Assembly: GCA_037447605.1 (NCBI GenBank)
Contig: CM074804.1
Coordinates: 1-64,000 of the forward strand
Reading direction: 5' to 3'
Origin: Zygnema circumcarinatum SAG 698-1b
Taxonomy: Eukaryota > Plantae > Zygnematophyceae
Length of the DNA: 64,000 nucleotides
Positions 25,001 to 38,059 of this stretch are shown here, in pieces. Position 1 is the stretch's first letter; the number at the start of each line of letters is the position of its first letter. A model generated the notes under the pieces. It ran no database searches and was not told the DNA's origin. It saw only the letters and a program-made list of their open reading frames with translations. The translations under genes and the position numbers were made by a program.

Positions 25001-28000
25001 ATGCAGTCGAAAGCAGTTCTGCGCAGCGGCTTCAGGGGCCGCGCTCCCGGCGTGTGGCGGCAGCGGTCGGGCAGCCCGACGCTGCAGGCCTTCCAGTCGG
25101 CGGGGCAGCACGACAACGGCGTGACCGGGTTCGTGCGGTGGCCGCGGCTCAGCCACCAGCGCGGCTCCGCGGAGGAGCGTGCCGCCTACTTCAGCCGCCT
25201 GCAGTCCTCCAACTCGCCGGGGGCCGACGACTCGCCGCCGGTCGGCAAGCAGGCCACCACCCTCATGGAGCTCATGACCATCCGCGCGTACCACAGCCGG
25301 ACGCTGCGCCGCTACAGTCTCGGGACGGCGCTGGGCATGCGCACCAAGGGCGGGAAGCTGACGGACCTCCCGGCGATCCTGGTGTTTGTCGCCCGGAAAG
25401 TGCACGAACAGTGGCTGTTGGACTCTCAAAAATTACCGAGAGTGCTGCACGGACCTGAAGGCCACTGGTGCGACGTCGATGTGGTGGAATTCTCGTATTA
25501 TGGCAAGGCAGGATCATCTCCTTCTGAGCAGGTCTACACGGAGGTTGTGGAAGGCTTGCGTGGGAAGGACCCGAACATTGGACCAGGCTCTCAGGTCGCC
25601 AGCGAAGAAATGTATGGCACCCTGGGAGCTGTGGTGCGCAGTCGCAGAAACAACAAGCAGTTAGGGTTTCTCACCAACTGCCACGTAGCGGTAGATTTCA
25701 ACCAGCCCAAGCAAAAGATGTATCACCCTTTGCCCCCCAGTTTGGGTCCGGGAATGTACCTCGGCTCTGTTGAGCGCGCGACATCCTTCACGTCGGACTA
25801 CGCGTGGTACGGTTGCTTTGCAGGAGAACACGCAGGTGCCATGCCCGCCTCTGTCGCCGGCACGTCCTTTCCTCGCATATGGATGCTAACTTTTGTCTTG
25901 CGTTCAATTTTGGCATGCCGAAGTAGTGGTGAAGGGTTGTATGTGAGGCCGGGGAGGATCTCTTTTGTTTTCCCTGTGAAAGAGGTTTATTCAAACTGTT
26001 TCACGTATTTTAGGAGTTTGTTCAATTGTTGTTGTGTTTCTATTCACGCAAGCACCTTTGTTGGTAATCAGAGACGTTCGTTCGAGCTGATGGAGCCTTT
26101 ATTCCTTTCTGGGAGAATTTTGACCTTCAGAACGTCAGGACATCTCTGAAAGGGATCGGGCGGATGGGCGAGGTGTATTCCATCAATTTGGATGACAAGA
26201 TTTCGACCGTAGTGGGCCGCTGCGTGTTCAAGGTGCGGAGAGGTGGTTCTTCGTTTTAGCAAGTTATACAATCGTCCCATCTTGCATTTTTCAAGAGTTC
26301 GATATGCTGACCAATTTGCCTAGGTCCATGGCTCTCTGCTTTCTGCCGCTGACGTTCATTTTTCTCTTAGAAGACTCGAGTTCACGTATCGCTCTTGCGT
26401 CCTCCACTTCTTAAGTCAAGCATTGCGTACCCTTAATTCTACCCACCTTCTTTGGTTGTTTCTTTGGTTAGTTTAACTTCATTCAGTGTCACCATTTTTC
26501 CACCATTTTCTCTCAGATATTCTCCAAAAATGGTGTGGTTCGGCTATTCAGCCATAGGGCATTTATTGGTGCAATGCGCTACTCTGTTGACTTGGTCAGG
26601 CTGACCTAGTTATGCTTATCATTAACCTAGAAGCAGGAATTTTACTTGGCAACTGAACCAGAAGTATTTGTGACATGTTTGAGATACAAATAAGAAGAGG
26701 CGCTAGAGTAGGTCTTGGTTGCTGCGTGCAGGGTAAACCTAGACCCTGTGGATAAACCTGCTACTGGGGAGGGCTATGTTGCAGCTGGGTGGAAGCTCTG
26801 GTCTCACTAGGGGTACTATTATGGCCTACGCGGTCGAATACACCGACGATAAGGGGATTTGTTTCTTTACAGACTTTCTGATTTTAGGAGAGAATGGACG
26901 GCCGTTTGACATCGAAGGAGACAGTGGCAGTCTCCTCATGTTTGAAGCATCGGTATCGAGCCTGCCGCAGCCGATCGGGATCATATGGGGAGGCACGGCC
27001 AACAGAGGCCGGCTAAAGCTGCGGAACGGCAACGGTCCCGAGGACTGGACGAGCGGAGTGGACATCGGCCGCCTCCTCGACCTGCTTGAGCTCGACCTCG
27101 TCACCACGTCGGAAGAGCTCAAGGGTGAGCACCTGCGTTTCTGTCGTGCCCACAAAGTTTAGTGTTTCACAAGAGACTAGCCCTCTTTTCTGGTTTCCGT
27201 AGCTGCGATAAAGAAATATCTTTCGTCGGCCCCTCCTGTTGTCGGCTCGTATCTCTTGGGTCCTGGTTGCCCCTCTCCTTGTTAGGCACACTGGCGGCAC
27301 AAGCTGCTAGCGAGTTTCAATGTCATCATGGAAGCTCCTGTAGGTGCCATGACGGGATGAAACTGGCAGCTAACTGATGGCCGGCTGCAAGGATAGGGAA
27401 TCTGTTGGTACTGCCGTGCCCTGTATGACTCCCACGGTATGGGTTGTAAATAAACGTAAACTTTGTTACTTTTGGATCTTTACCTTGCAAAGGTGTCGTA
27501 CGTCGCCTTTTAAAAAAATTGCACCAAAGTATTTGGGGGATAGTCTTCAGGATATAACTCGGTTCGTCAAGTAGTATCGAGTGCACACAGTTTTCGTAAC
27601 CTCATTTTCTACAAAAGCAGAATAATAGCCTCCAAATAGATCACCTTCAATCAACTACCTCCATGAGTGCTTTACAGTTCTTAGCGTGTTACGAATTCTA
27701 GTTACTGTGTTGGATGACCTCCTACGGAATCCAAAGACAGATTCGTTTCGTGAGTTGTCATCCTGTTACCCTGTCGAGTAACACTTGGGATGAAAATTTT
27801 TCCTCTGCTAACTTGGTGACAAAGAAAGGACTGTTTTTAAGCTGTCGCTTACTTCTACTCTGGTGGTTGGTCCAAAAATGGGTGGGACTATGGTTTGTCT
27901 CAGCCTTAAGGCTTCAGGATACAAGGTTCAGGGTTTAGGGTTTAGGGTTTAGGATTTAGGGTTTAGGCGGCTACACCCAGCGTTTGACGTCTGGTACCTG

Positions 28001-28332
28001 CTGCGTCTATTGAGTTGGGATTTGTGCACTTTATTGCTCGGACACTGGAAGGAGGATGTGGAATATACTGATGTGTTTAGGTGAGGGTGGCTGCAGTTGT
28101 GGCGATGGAGAGGCAGGAGAAGAACGACCAGGAGGCGGAGCAGAAGGCGCCCGCGGACGTGGAGGGTCACGGCGAGTTCGACGGGAACGAGGCCCTCGAC
28201 GGCGCCTCGAGTCGGGACGGGAAGAGGGCCGCCGCCTCGCACGACTCGAGCTCGGTCGAGCGCGAGCAGAAGAGGCAGCGGACCGACTCGCCTCGAGGGC
28301 TGCCGGCAAAAGACTTGCAAGATGGCAGATAG
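25001..28332 (+). CDS. NAL1: NARROW LEAF 1-like trypsin-family serine protease; C-terminal exons uncertain
   Basis: LMELMTIRAYHSRTLRRYSLGTALG, WCDVDVVEFSYYG, GTLGAVV..GFLTNCHVAVD, ETFVRADGAFIPF, GSSGLTRGTIMAYAVEY, FDIEGDSGSL, GIIWGGTANRGRLKL..WTSGVDIGRLLDLLELDL; probable last exon 28081-28332. Confidence 0.92.
27927..27967 (+). repeat. Interstitial Arabidopsis-type telomeric repeat (TTTAGGG)n inside a NAL1 intron
   Basis: TTCAGGG TTTAGGG TTTAGGG TTTAGGA TTTAGGG TTTAGG in tandem. Confidence 0.85.
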
Positions 28333-29950
28333 ACCAGATGAGTAAGGCGCACTGTGTGCGTCAGCGGAAGTTATCTGAGTTGCTACCTCTTAGAGTAGAC
28401 CATCACGCCAAAACGGAGGCCTTTGGCAAACGAGGCTCTCACGCCCTTTTGACCTCTGGTTACCAAATAAGAGCCGTTTGACGTGGGGAGTTCATGGATG
28501 GTGAACCTGTAGAGCGGAAGCACTGCACGGCTGTTGAAGGCAGTGAGGGTGCCCGTCCGCTGACCAGCAGCTGCAAGGAGGTTCCAACCTGCTTTGTGCA
28601 CTGTTGCAACTCTGCACCGCAGTTATTAAGTAAAGGGCCTCCTGCCTGCCTTCTCCTTCACGCCAATGGTCTTGGCCAGCAGCCATGCACAGCTGAGCTG
28701 GCAGGACCAGACAGAACAGGCAAATGCCCACTATGAAGCACTCTATTTTGCCACTCTTACCAAATGTGAGACAGTCAGCAGCGTTTCGTGCATTGGAGAA
28801 TGGACGAAGTCGCCTCGGCTGTGATTGCCCTCCAGGCACACTTGGTCCCTGTCTCGAGACCTTAAGTTTGGCACACAATCGTCACTCTTCACTGTCGTTA
28901 CTTCCTTATTATCTCAGCATGAATCGCTTTCATAAAATTGCAGATTGGTTTCTTGGCGTGGTGGCCTCCGCCACTTTGTGGTGCAACACGGGTCGAGTCG
29001 CCCCGCCCCGCCACACCCCGAGGCCGCGTTGCACGTATGGACGCTGCCGGGGGGGTCGCGCCCCTCCGATTCGCAGCCGCGTTGAGGCGCTCTTGAGAAT
29101 GAAGAGCTGAGAGTTGGGGGGTTCGTCTGAATGTGCGGTCCGCGGGTTACCGTGCGTCACTCGCAGCTGCAGTAGGACAGGCTTTGAGTGCACCCAGAGT
29201 TTAAGTTGAGATCGCTCCAAGCACAGGAAGGAAAGGAAGATTTGCATGTGATGAGGATGATGTTAGAAATACCGAACAAGCAGGTCAACCAGTAAGTGAT
29301 TTGCTTGCTGTTAAAAATCCTGATATGAAATGCTTCCACAAGTTGTAAACTCCATTTCCCTCTTTTTTTTTAAACAGTGTCCGCACGTTGTGTGAGCACC
29401 CGCGTGCGCAGAGGCAGGGGCCACTCTGCAGTTGCCGCTTGGCAACGCGTTGTCAGCAGTCAGACAGCATCCCGCCCTCGCATGCCAAGGCATGGTGCGG
29501 AGCGGAGCACAAGCCCCAGTTCGGGCGCTGGGTAGCCAGCAGCCAACTCCTACAGACGAGTGTCCGAAGTCCATAATGAGAGTACTGCCAGCGGCGAGCA
29601 GCGTGTGAATTGCCTTTGAACAGAGTTGAAGCCATGGACTAATTGGCCAAAAAGTTGCCCATTCTGCTTCTGTCAAGTAGTTTCGTCCACTCTGTTCCTG
29701 GTTGGTCGAAAAAATTCCATTCGCAATCCATCTCTGTACACACCTGCCTGCCTGCAATTTGCGGCAACTTCGTGCGCCCCCCTCGCCCTTTCCCCCTCCT
29801 CTGGTGTGGACCACACCACACCAAAGCCCAAAATCTTGCGGTGGAAGTTGGCGATCCACCCATCATGTGGGGCTTTACCCTCGCCATTCCTGCCCCCTCC
29901 CCTCTCCCAACCGGAGCCCATTTTTCGTATGAAACTCCTGATCTGTGCCG

Positions 29951-32313
29951 CTATCCGCCTGCTTGCCCGAAGCAGCGCCCGGCGATGGTGATTAGCACGT
30001 TCAGCATTGCTACCTCGGGATCAGCTCTTCGGTCTTTAGCTGCTCTCAGTTCAGCACATTTTCTCAGCATGGCCCTAAATGACGCTGCAGTGTCAGCGTC
30101 GAGTGGCACATCAATGGCAGCGCTGAGCGCAAACAGCCACGCCGCGCGCTCCCTGGTGATCGCTGAGACTCCCTGCAACCAGGCAATATGGCGACGGAGA
30201 AGTCGGGCCCGAGAGACTTCATCGAGGCTCCCCAACACCCACATCAAAGGTTCTAATACTGGGCCAGAAAATTGCTTTTCGGCAGTCACTTCTCTAGCAG
30301 CTTCACTATCTGATGTATCCGTGACGGTTGACCTCACTAGCTTATCGTTAGCAGCTGCGACTGATGTTTTCACCTCCTCGTCTCCTAATTCCGTTACAGT
30401 CGAATCTTCAATTGTGCACATGAAGCCCGCATCCGCCCCTACATCATCGACTCTTGAACATGCAGCATTGCCTTCTGTTATTGCCTCCCTTTCCTTCACT
30501 GGTGAGCCAAAGCAAAGACAATGCCACGCAGCCGCATCTCCGGTGGGAGGCAGTTCCTCTGTGGAACAAACTGGAACCTGTGCTATTTTTGTGGTGAATT
30601 TCTGCAACAATGTCCAAAAAACACAAACAACATGAGGAATTGAAAAAAAAAAAAAAACCCATAAAAACAGGAAAGCAACCATCCTCGATCATGGTCCCTT
30701 CACCGATTCTTTACTGACAACCTTTCATGATTTACCCAACATTGTGTAGTAAGGACTGCCATAGTCTATGTCAATTCACTTCCTCGCATTACTCTTCTCA
30801 ACATCGAGATCACTTAGCAGATAGTTCTTAGTCCAAGGTCGGTTTGACATAGCTCTTTATATTAAACTTGAGGGCAGGTAAGAATTCAAATAGTACTTGG
30901 CCAAAAGGACGCGATGTTTACCGATCGAAGTTCAAAAAAGTCGGCAGCGAAAACTTCTTCCCATTCAGGACAAGGCAAGAGATGTCGTGCACAACTTGGA
31001 ATGCCAGGAACTTTAGGCAAATAGAATGTTTGTTTGGCCTTGAACTGTTGCATATCAATTGATGCCACCACAACTTTTGGACACCTTTCGCGTTCGTACC
31101 TGCGGAGCAGTCAAGGAAAAATATGTTCAGAAGGTGTGATAAAGGCTGAAACATTAACACATGCCCCAAACTCTGTAAGAAAGTGTGCATAAACGTGATG
31201 GAGGGAGAGGAGTAAAATAACTGCTATTAGGAAGACATGGCGACCATCCACAAAGGAGTCGTTTTAAACATGAGAAGCTCTTAATTACCTGACTCTTCTA
31301 AGGTATTCCAGCCCATCTTCTGGCGGACCGGCTGCAAAGTTGGGCTCCCCGTCCACTGCAAAAGCAGCAGCTTGAAAAGTCTCCACGTCCTCTTCGCTTT
31401 CCTCGTCCCACTCTTCTCCATCCCCCCATCCTTGCGCCTCATCTGCGTTCCTTGTTTGACGAACCGACTCGTCCACCTGCAATTCAAGGCTGTCATCCCA
31501 GATCCCTTCGTCTCCCTTCGGACGGTAGTCCATGTGCTGCGTTATGCTACCGCCCCTTGCTGCAGGCTCGTGCTGTTGATAGCTCTCCTGCCACTGCTCC
31601 GTCTGAAACGCGTTCTCGTGAACTTCCCTGTGTTGGTAAATATCTCCCGTTCTCCCTCCCTTCCCGCCCAATCCCTTCCCTCTGCCTTTCCTCTGTCCAG
31701 CGCTCGTTATCTCCTTCGCCTCTGCGCTTGTAATCTCAGCAAGCACATCTGCAACGGCAGAAGCGACATCGGCCCACCCGGGCAGCTCGTCCAAGGAGGC
31801 CCCCGCAGGCCTCAGCCTCTCTAGCTCACTCCTCGAGTACGTTAATCTTTGCGCGTTTCCAGCTGCCTCTGCTGTCTCATCACCTTCACCCTCAAGCTTC
31901 TCGTCGCCTTCCGGAAGCCTCGGCATATCGCTGCCATCGCAAGCCATGGAAGCGTGCCGAGAGACCACTTGCTCAACCTCAAAACCCGTACCTGAGCCCA
32001 TGCTCCCGTTTCCTACAGCTAAACAGTGGCTACTGTCCATGCTCGCATCCCCTTGCCTGAGAGGTGCGGTGCACTCCGCTTCTCCCGTGTGTTCCTCCGC
32101 CTGCCGCTTCACCTCCCCCTCCGCTACCGCGGCAGGCTCAGAGAGGTCCTGAGGAGAGCGCAGCAGCTCCTTCTTCCTGCTCTCGAGAGCGCGGAAGAGC
32201 TCGGGCGGAAGCCATGGTGGTGCAGCGGACTCACCATGGCTGTCCTTCTCGTCAGAGCGCGCTGAAGCCTCGCCAGCCTCCTCCCGGAAGGCGCCGTCGC
32301 TGCAGCCCGCCAT
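29951..32313 (-). CDS. GEMIN2: Gemin2/SIP1, SMN-complex subunit; 3 exons, alternative in-frame ATG at 32355
   Basis: AFAVDGEPNFAAGPPEDGLEYLRRVR|YERERCPKVVVA, LLPCPEWEEVFAADFFELR, and C-terminal AAWLFALSAAIDVPLDADTAASFRAMLRKCAELRA..MLNVLITIAGRCFGQ. Confidence 0.9.
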
Positions 32314-32409
32314 GGCTGCGCTGCCGTCCGCCCGCCCGGACGCTATGGCGCACATGCGGGAACACTCAAGACTTCCCGCCGCCCACCCGTACTCTGCGCT
32401 CTCCGCGAA

Positions 32410-32590
32410 GGAGGGGCGACGCGGGGAGGGGAGGGGAGGGGAGAGGAGGGGAGGGGAGAGGAGGGAGGGAGAGGAGGGAGGGAGAGGAGAGGAGGGAGGG
32501 AGAGGAGGGAGGGGAGAGGAGGGAGGGGAGAGGAGGGAGGGAGGGAGGGGAGAGGAGGGGAGGGGAGGGGAGGGGAGGGAGGGAGGGGAG
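32410..32590. repeat. Pure purine (GGAG/GGGA) tract forming most of the Gemin2-FNTB bidirectional spacer
   Basis: About 180 bp containing almost only G and A on the + strand, between divergent ATGs at 32313 and 32598. Confidence 0.85.
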
Positions 32591-32597
32591 GCCGGCC

Positions 32598-35500
32598 ATG
32601 GAGGACGATGGTGTGGAGACCGCGACGTCCCGCGAGCAGAAGGCAGTGGAGGACTCCGTCAGCGCCATCTACAGAGATCTTGCGCTCCGCCCTGCCGCCA
32701 TGGCCGGGTGCGCATTCAATGAGCCTTGGCAGGAGAGGTAGTAGGGTGTTTCCAATCTCAGCTTGGTTAGTCACAGCGCTTTCCTTCTATTTACTCTCAC
32801 TATTCGCCATTAGCACATGCGTATGTCTTACGTGTGCTGGAAATTTATTAAGAAAGGTAGTGAAAAAGGCTATTGACGGGCAAGAAAGCATCGAATCTTT
32901 GCAGGAGACGTTCGCTCATGCATTTTTAGCGGTATAAGAAAGAAGCAAGTGCTACGATGGTGAAAGTGAACTGGAATTTTAAAAAAATCAGGCAGCTGCT
33001 ATTCAAAATGTTAAATCTTCTACTCAAACCTGCTCACTTTCTGGGAATTGCAAAGGCCACCATATGGATGCGACGTTCAGTAGATTTGTGTACATATCAT
33101 TGGCTTGTGGCAGTCAGTATGACTACTCTGCCGAGCACTTAAAACAATTGATTTTTTGAAGTGTCGCAGTCGGGAATCTCTGTTATTCTATTGTATGTAT
33201 GTATTGACCAGCCTGTTTTCATCATTATGTTCGTCCGTTTGCATATCGTTTAATAGGAGAAGGAAAAAGGCGAGGACTGACAAAGCCATCTGTAAATTCA
33301 GCTGAGCGAGGCCATTGATTGTAGTCCTTGCAGAGTGGAGCTTCTACGTGGTAGTCATGTAGCGTTCTTGAAGAGAGGATTGGACCATCTCTCCGCCTCG
33401 TTCACCTCTCTCGATGCCAGGTATAGGCATCACACTGCAAACCACCCCATGACTTCAACACGACATGCTCATCTGTATCCGCTGGTTTGGCTGCCGTTAG
33501 AGTGGATGACCTTGGCTTTCTCTGCATAGCACACACAACCAACAGATTGCAATGATCTATCTCATTTCAGCACATTTTCCTTCCGTTAGGGTGCAGCCGG
33601 CCGTGGCTGTGCTACTGGATCCTCCATTCGTTGGCCCTTTTGGGAGAGCCTCTGAGCCCCCGTCTGGCCCGCCGCTGCGTCGACACCCTGAGGCGATGTC
33701 AGGTGCCCTTCACTGTCCATGATCCTTGTTGGGTGGGGTGGCACGTCAAATGTTTTATGGATCACGCATTTCTGCTACTTATGTATAGAAGCAAACATGG
33801 AATCGCCCCGTAAAATTGACCTGGTGTGATCGATCGGGCATCTGTTCTTGTTTTGTGAGCAATTGGTTCTTTTCCGTATGGAGATTGCAGCATCCAGATG
33901 GTGGTTTTGGAGGAGGTCCGGGCCAGGTGAGACCAGTCAGCCCTTTACGTAGGCAAACTTTCTCCATAGTCTTGAGTCTGAATCCTTAGCATTGTTGGCT
34001 CGTCGTTCCTTCTTTTGGCCATTACCATGTGATAAACGAGTTCCGAGAAATGCTGCAGATGGCCCATTTAGCCACCACTTACGCAGCAGTGAGCGCCCTG
34101 GTCACTGTTGGAGGTCCTGACGCACTGAGTTCCATCAACAGGTATTTCCTTCGTTGTACCCTGCCTGTAAAGAGAGAAATGGAAAGGGAAAGAAATATGC
34201 TGAACGAGAATTTTCGCTTCTAAGAAAACTGATATGAACTTAATGTTCTTCAGGTCAACTATGCTGCGCTTTCTTCTGCGGATGAAGGATCAAGGTGGCG
34301 GGTTCAGGTACTCCTTGTTGATTAGAGTTGTTCCAACTTGAGGAGGTTTCTGTTTGACCAGAGAAAGTTCTGTACACTTAGCATTTATTGTGCTGTTGCT
34401 TAGAGGATTGGGCGCATCGCGGGGATCTTCCAAACGTTATCTCGATTGATGTTATGCACAGACACATGCATTGTTCTGAAGCGGAGAGGGGGGCCCTGCA
34501 GGATGCACGACGACGGGGAGGTGGATGTCCGCGGCTGCTACACCGCTCTCGCGGTGCGTCTCTCTCTCTCTCTCTCAGCTCTCAGCTCTCAGCTCTCAGC
34601 TCTCAGCTCTCAGCTCTCAGCTCTCAGCTCTCAGCTCTCAGCTCTCAGCTCTCAGCTCTCAGCTCTCAGCTCTCAGCTCTCAGCTCTCAGCTCTCAGCTC
34701 TCAGCTCTCAGCTCTCAGCTCTCAGCTCTCAGCTCTCAGCTCTCAGCTCTCAGCTCTCAGCTCTCAGCTCTCAGCTCTCAGCTCTCAGCTCTCAGCTCTC
34801 AGCTCTCAGCTCTCAGCTCTCAGCTCTCAGCTCTCAGCTCTCAGCTCTCAGCTCTCAGCTCTCAGCTCTCAGCTCTCAGCTCTCAGCTCTCAGCTCTCAG
34901 CTCTCAGCTCTCAGCTCTCAGCTCTCAGCTCTCAGCTCTCAGCTCTCAGCTCTCAGCTCTCAGCTCTCAGCTCTCAGCTCTCAGCTCTCAGCTCTCAGCT
35001 CTCAGCTCTCAGCTCTCAGCTCTCAGCTCTCAGCTCTCAGCTCTCAGCTCTCAGCTCTCAGCTCTCAGCTCTCAGCTCTCAGCTCTCAGCTCTCAGCTCT
35101 CAGCTCTCGAGCGCAGGCCCTTCGGCAGTGCGCGGTTTGAGGTTGTTTTCTGCCTTCGTTCTTTCCTCTGAATCTGCGACTTGCGGCCGCACCTCTCATT
35201 GCCAGGTGGCACATCTGGTGGGCCTGGTGGAGCCCAAGCTTGTTGCGGGGGTGGACGCGTACATTCTAAGGTAAGCAGAGCTTGAGTGGCGTCCAATCAG
35301 CATCTTGATTCCGGCGATAGCTGTAAGCTTGGAGAAAAGTGGGGGCAAAACATTCTAGAAGGAGAGAAAAAGACCAAAAGAGAAGCTGAGACAGAAAGAG
35401 AGGGTGAAAGGAGGGGAAACGGAAGAGGGCTAGAGAGAAGGAGAGTTAACAGGACAGGAAACGGGAAAGTGTTTTAGGGAGAGCAGAGGGAGAGAACAGT

Positions 35501-36178
35501 AGATGGCAAGGTGGGGAGAGACAGGTTGGGGGAGAGGGCGAACGTGAGGAGCACAATAAATTAAAAGATCGGAGTCTTCTTGGTTGCTGCATAGGTAGAA
35601 GATGGTTCTTTTACATCATGTATGGTTGAGGAATGGCAGCTGTCAAACATACGAGGGAGGGCTCGGCGGGGAGCCAGGACTCGAGGCCCATGGCGGGTAA
35701 GGAGAGGGCGAAGGAAGGGTGGAACGATGGGAGGAATGTAAACATCTGGGCAACGCATAACACAGCTCAGCTCTGCTTTTGCAATCAGAAGCATCATGAT
35801 AGTCTATGGAAAGCGCGAGAATGGGGGAGGGTGAGTAGAACCGAGAGGTCTGCCTGCCATTTGCAACACGGCGCGATCGCAGGTACACGTACTGCGGGGT
35901 GGCGGCCCTCCTCCTCGCGGGGCGACCGCACGGCCTCGACCTCCCCCGCCTGCTGGTACAGTACGCAGCGCCGCCCGCCGGCCAATGCCCGGCCGCCCTC
36001 GCACGTGTGCGGGATGACCCGGGCGGGCGGTGCGGTGCGGTGTGCAGGAGTGGGCGGCGGGGCGGCAGGGCGCCGCGGAGGGCGGCTTCCAGGGGCGCAC
36101 GAACAAGCTCGTGGACGGCTGCTACTCCTTCTGGCAGGTCCGGGAGGGGAGGGGGGGGGGGGGGGGGGNNNNNNNNNN

Positions 36179-36215
<37 letters not shown>

Positions 36216-37576
36216 CTCTGCGCGAGGGTGCAGACTGCTTTTGGGGGCGACTTATGACAAACTACTGTCTTGCTCGATTGTGGCTTTTCCAGGGTAGTCT
36301 GTTTCTCCTTTTGCGACCCTTTTCGGAACAGCTCCTGCCCACCTTCGGAGGGAGGGATGTGCAGGTTGAGCCTGTTGGCAGTGTTCAAAGAGATGGTAAG
36401 GTCAGAGCAAACTTTAGGATAAATGAACGACAGAAGAGATAGGGGCGATATTGACAGATGGTGTTGGATGAAGGGAAAAGGAAAGTGAAGCTAAGCGAAG
36501 GGAAGGGACGGATGAGAATCGGGAATGGTGACGCGGGAGAGAAGGATACAGATAGCCGGGAGGGCTAGAGGGTGGAGATGGAGAATGTGAGAGAGACAGA
36601 AGGAGAAATTAAATACTGGCTGGTCTTGTGATTGTATGATCCGATTATATTGTGAGGGCACCTAGCTAACTAACTGAGACTGAATATTTTCAAAAGGTTT
36701 TCAAAAAAATTCCAAGTGCAAAGGCTGAACTGTGATGTCAAGATGAAGGTTGGGCCGTCCCATTGTCCTTCTTCTGTGGTTCCTTCCTTGAGGCTGCTCA
36801 GGAGCGCTGCGGAGCTGTGCTGTTCAAGAACAGCCCACTCTGAGTGAGCCAAACCGAGAGGCCGCCCCCTGCAGAGTGGAGCTGCCTTGCAGCTCCGCCG
36901 CTGCACTTTTTCCTGATCGCGATGAAGCGAGTCAGAGCTATGGCGGCCACGGCGCTGTCGCTATGACCGAGCTGGACCCGGCTGGCAAGGCAGGGGAGGA
37001 GGAGGAGGTGGAGCAGGGCGGTGTGGATGCCGGGAAGGCGACAAGGGAGACACAAAGCGCAGACGCTATGGACGTTGGCATTTCGAAGCCATTATTCAAC
37101 TCTCATGCTTTGCAGGGGTACATTCTCATCTGCTGCCAGGTGAGGCCAAAAATATTCTGGTGAATCCATTCTGTAAAATCTAGTTCTTCGCATTCAAGTC
37201 AGAAAAATGGATTGGGTTCTATTACCTTTACGAGACGAATGGTATCCATTTGCCCTCCAAATGCCTGGAATATGAACGCTACTCGCAGGATACAAGGCGT
37301 TCAATTATGTGAACTTGCATGTTGCAGGTGGCTGAAGGTGGTCTCATTGACAAGCCGGGCAAGTGGAGGGACTACTACCACACCTGCTACTGCCTCAGCG
37401 GACTCTCCTGTGCGCAGCGCTGCCTCTCATGGCCGGACGATCCTGCGCCCGACGCGATTATAGGACTGGCCTCCAACATTGTGGAAGCCACTGAGCCCCT
37501 CTGCAATGTGAGGCTAGATCGATACAGGGAAGCCAGGGCGCATTTTGCATCCCAAACAGTCGATGCGGCTGAGTAG
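32598..37576 (+). CDS. FNTB: Protein farnesyltransferase beta subunit (ERA1/FNTB homologue); multi-exon
   Basis: [125 protein letters not shown]; all joined by in-phase GT-AG introns. Confidence 0.97.
34572..35103 (+). repeat. Perfect (CTCTCAG)76 tandem array at the 5' end of an FNTB intron
   Basis: 532 bp, 76 identical 7-mers, beginning 18 nt after the GT donor at 34554. Confidence 0.92.
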
Positions 37577-38059
37577 TCTTTCTTCGCGTGGTCAATATGA
37601 AGCGGAATACATTCATCCTTAATCCTGATTTTGAGACTCCTACAGAAAAATGAAAGAGTATATGAGTTGACTCAATTTTGCCATCCACCACCGTGCCTCG
37701 GATTGAAGTTCTCTGTGTCTCTTTTTGCGTTTGGTGAATTTTTACTCGAGTTTGTGAGCGTGGCCTCGAGGTTGATGTGCATGTGAGGGTCTCTCCGCCC
37801 ATGTCCTCCGGTCGTCTGGATACTCTGCTCTACTTGGAAATCTCTGTCGTCAGAACGAGTTTCGTTTAAAATTAAGTTGTATGGGTAAGCATGCGCACGT
37901 GTCTCGTTGCGCGGGCGGGCATCAGAGTGCATGCATGCGGGCATCAGCGTGCATGCATGCATGCATGCGACCAGCGGCGGCCGGCCCAAGGAAAGACCGT
38001 GCACAGCCCCAGCCCTGCACTGACTCGCCTCGCCGCTTTCTGCGCTCTGCCCTCTCAGC

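Noticed and set aside
34388-35274. Long ORFs with SSQLSAL repeats
   Set aside because: Translation of the intronic CTCTCAG array; the flanking FNTB exons splice in phase around it.
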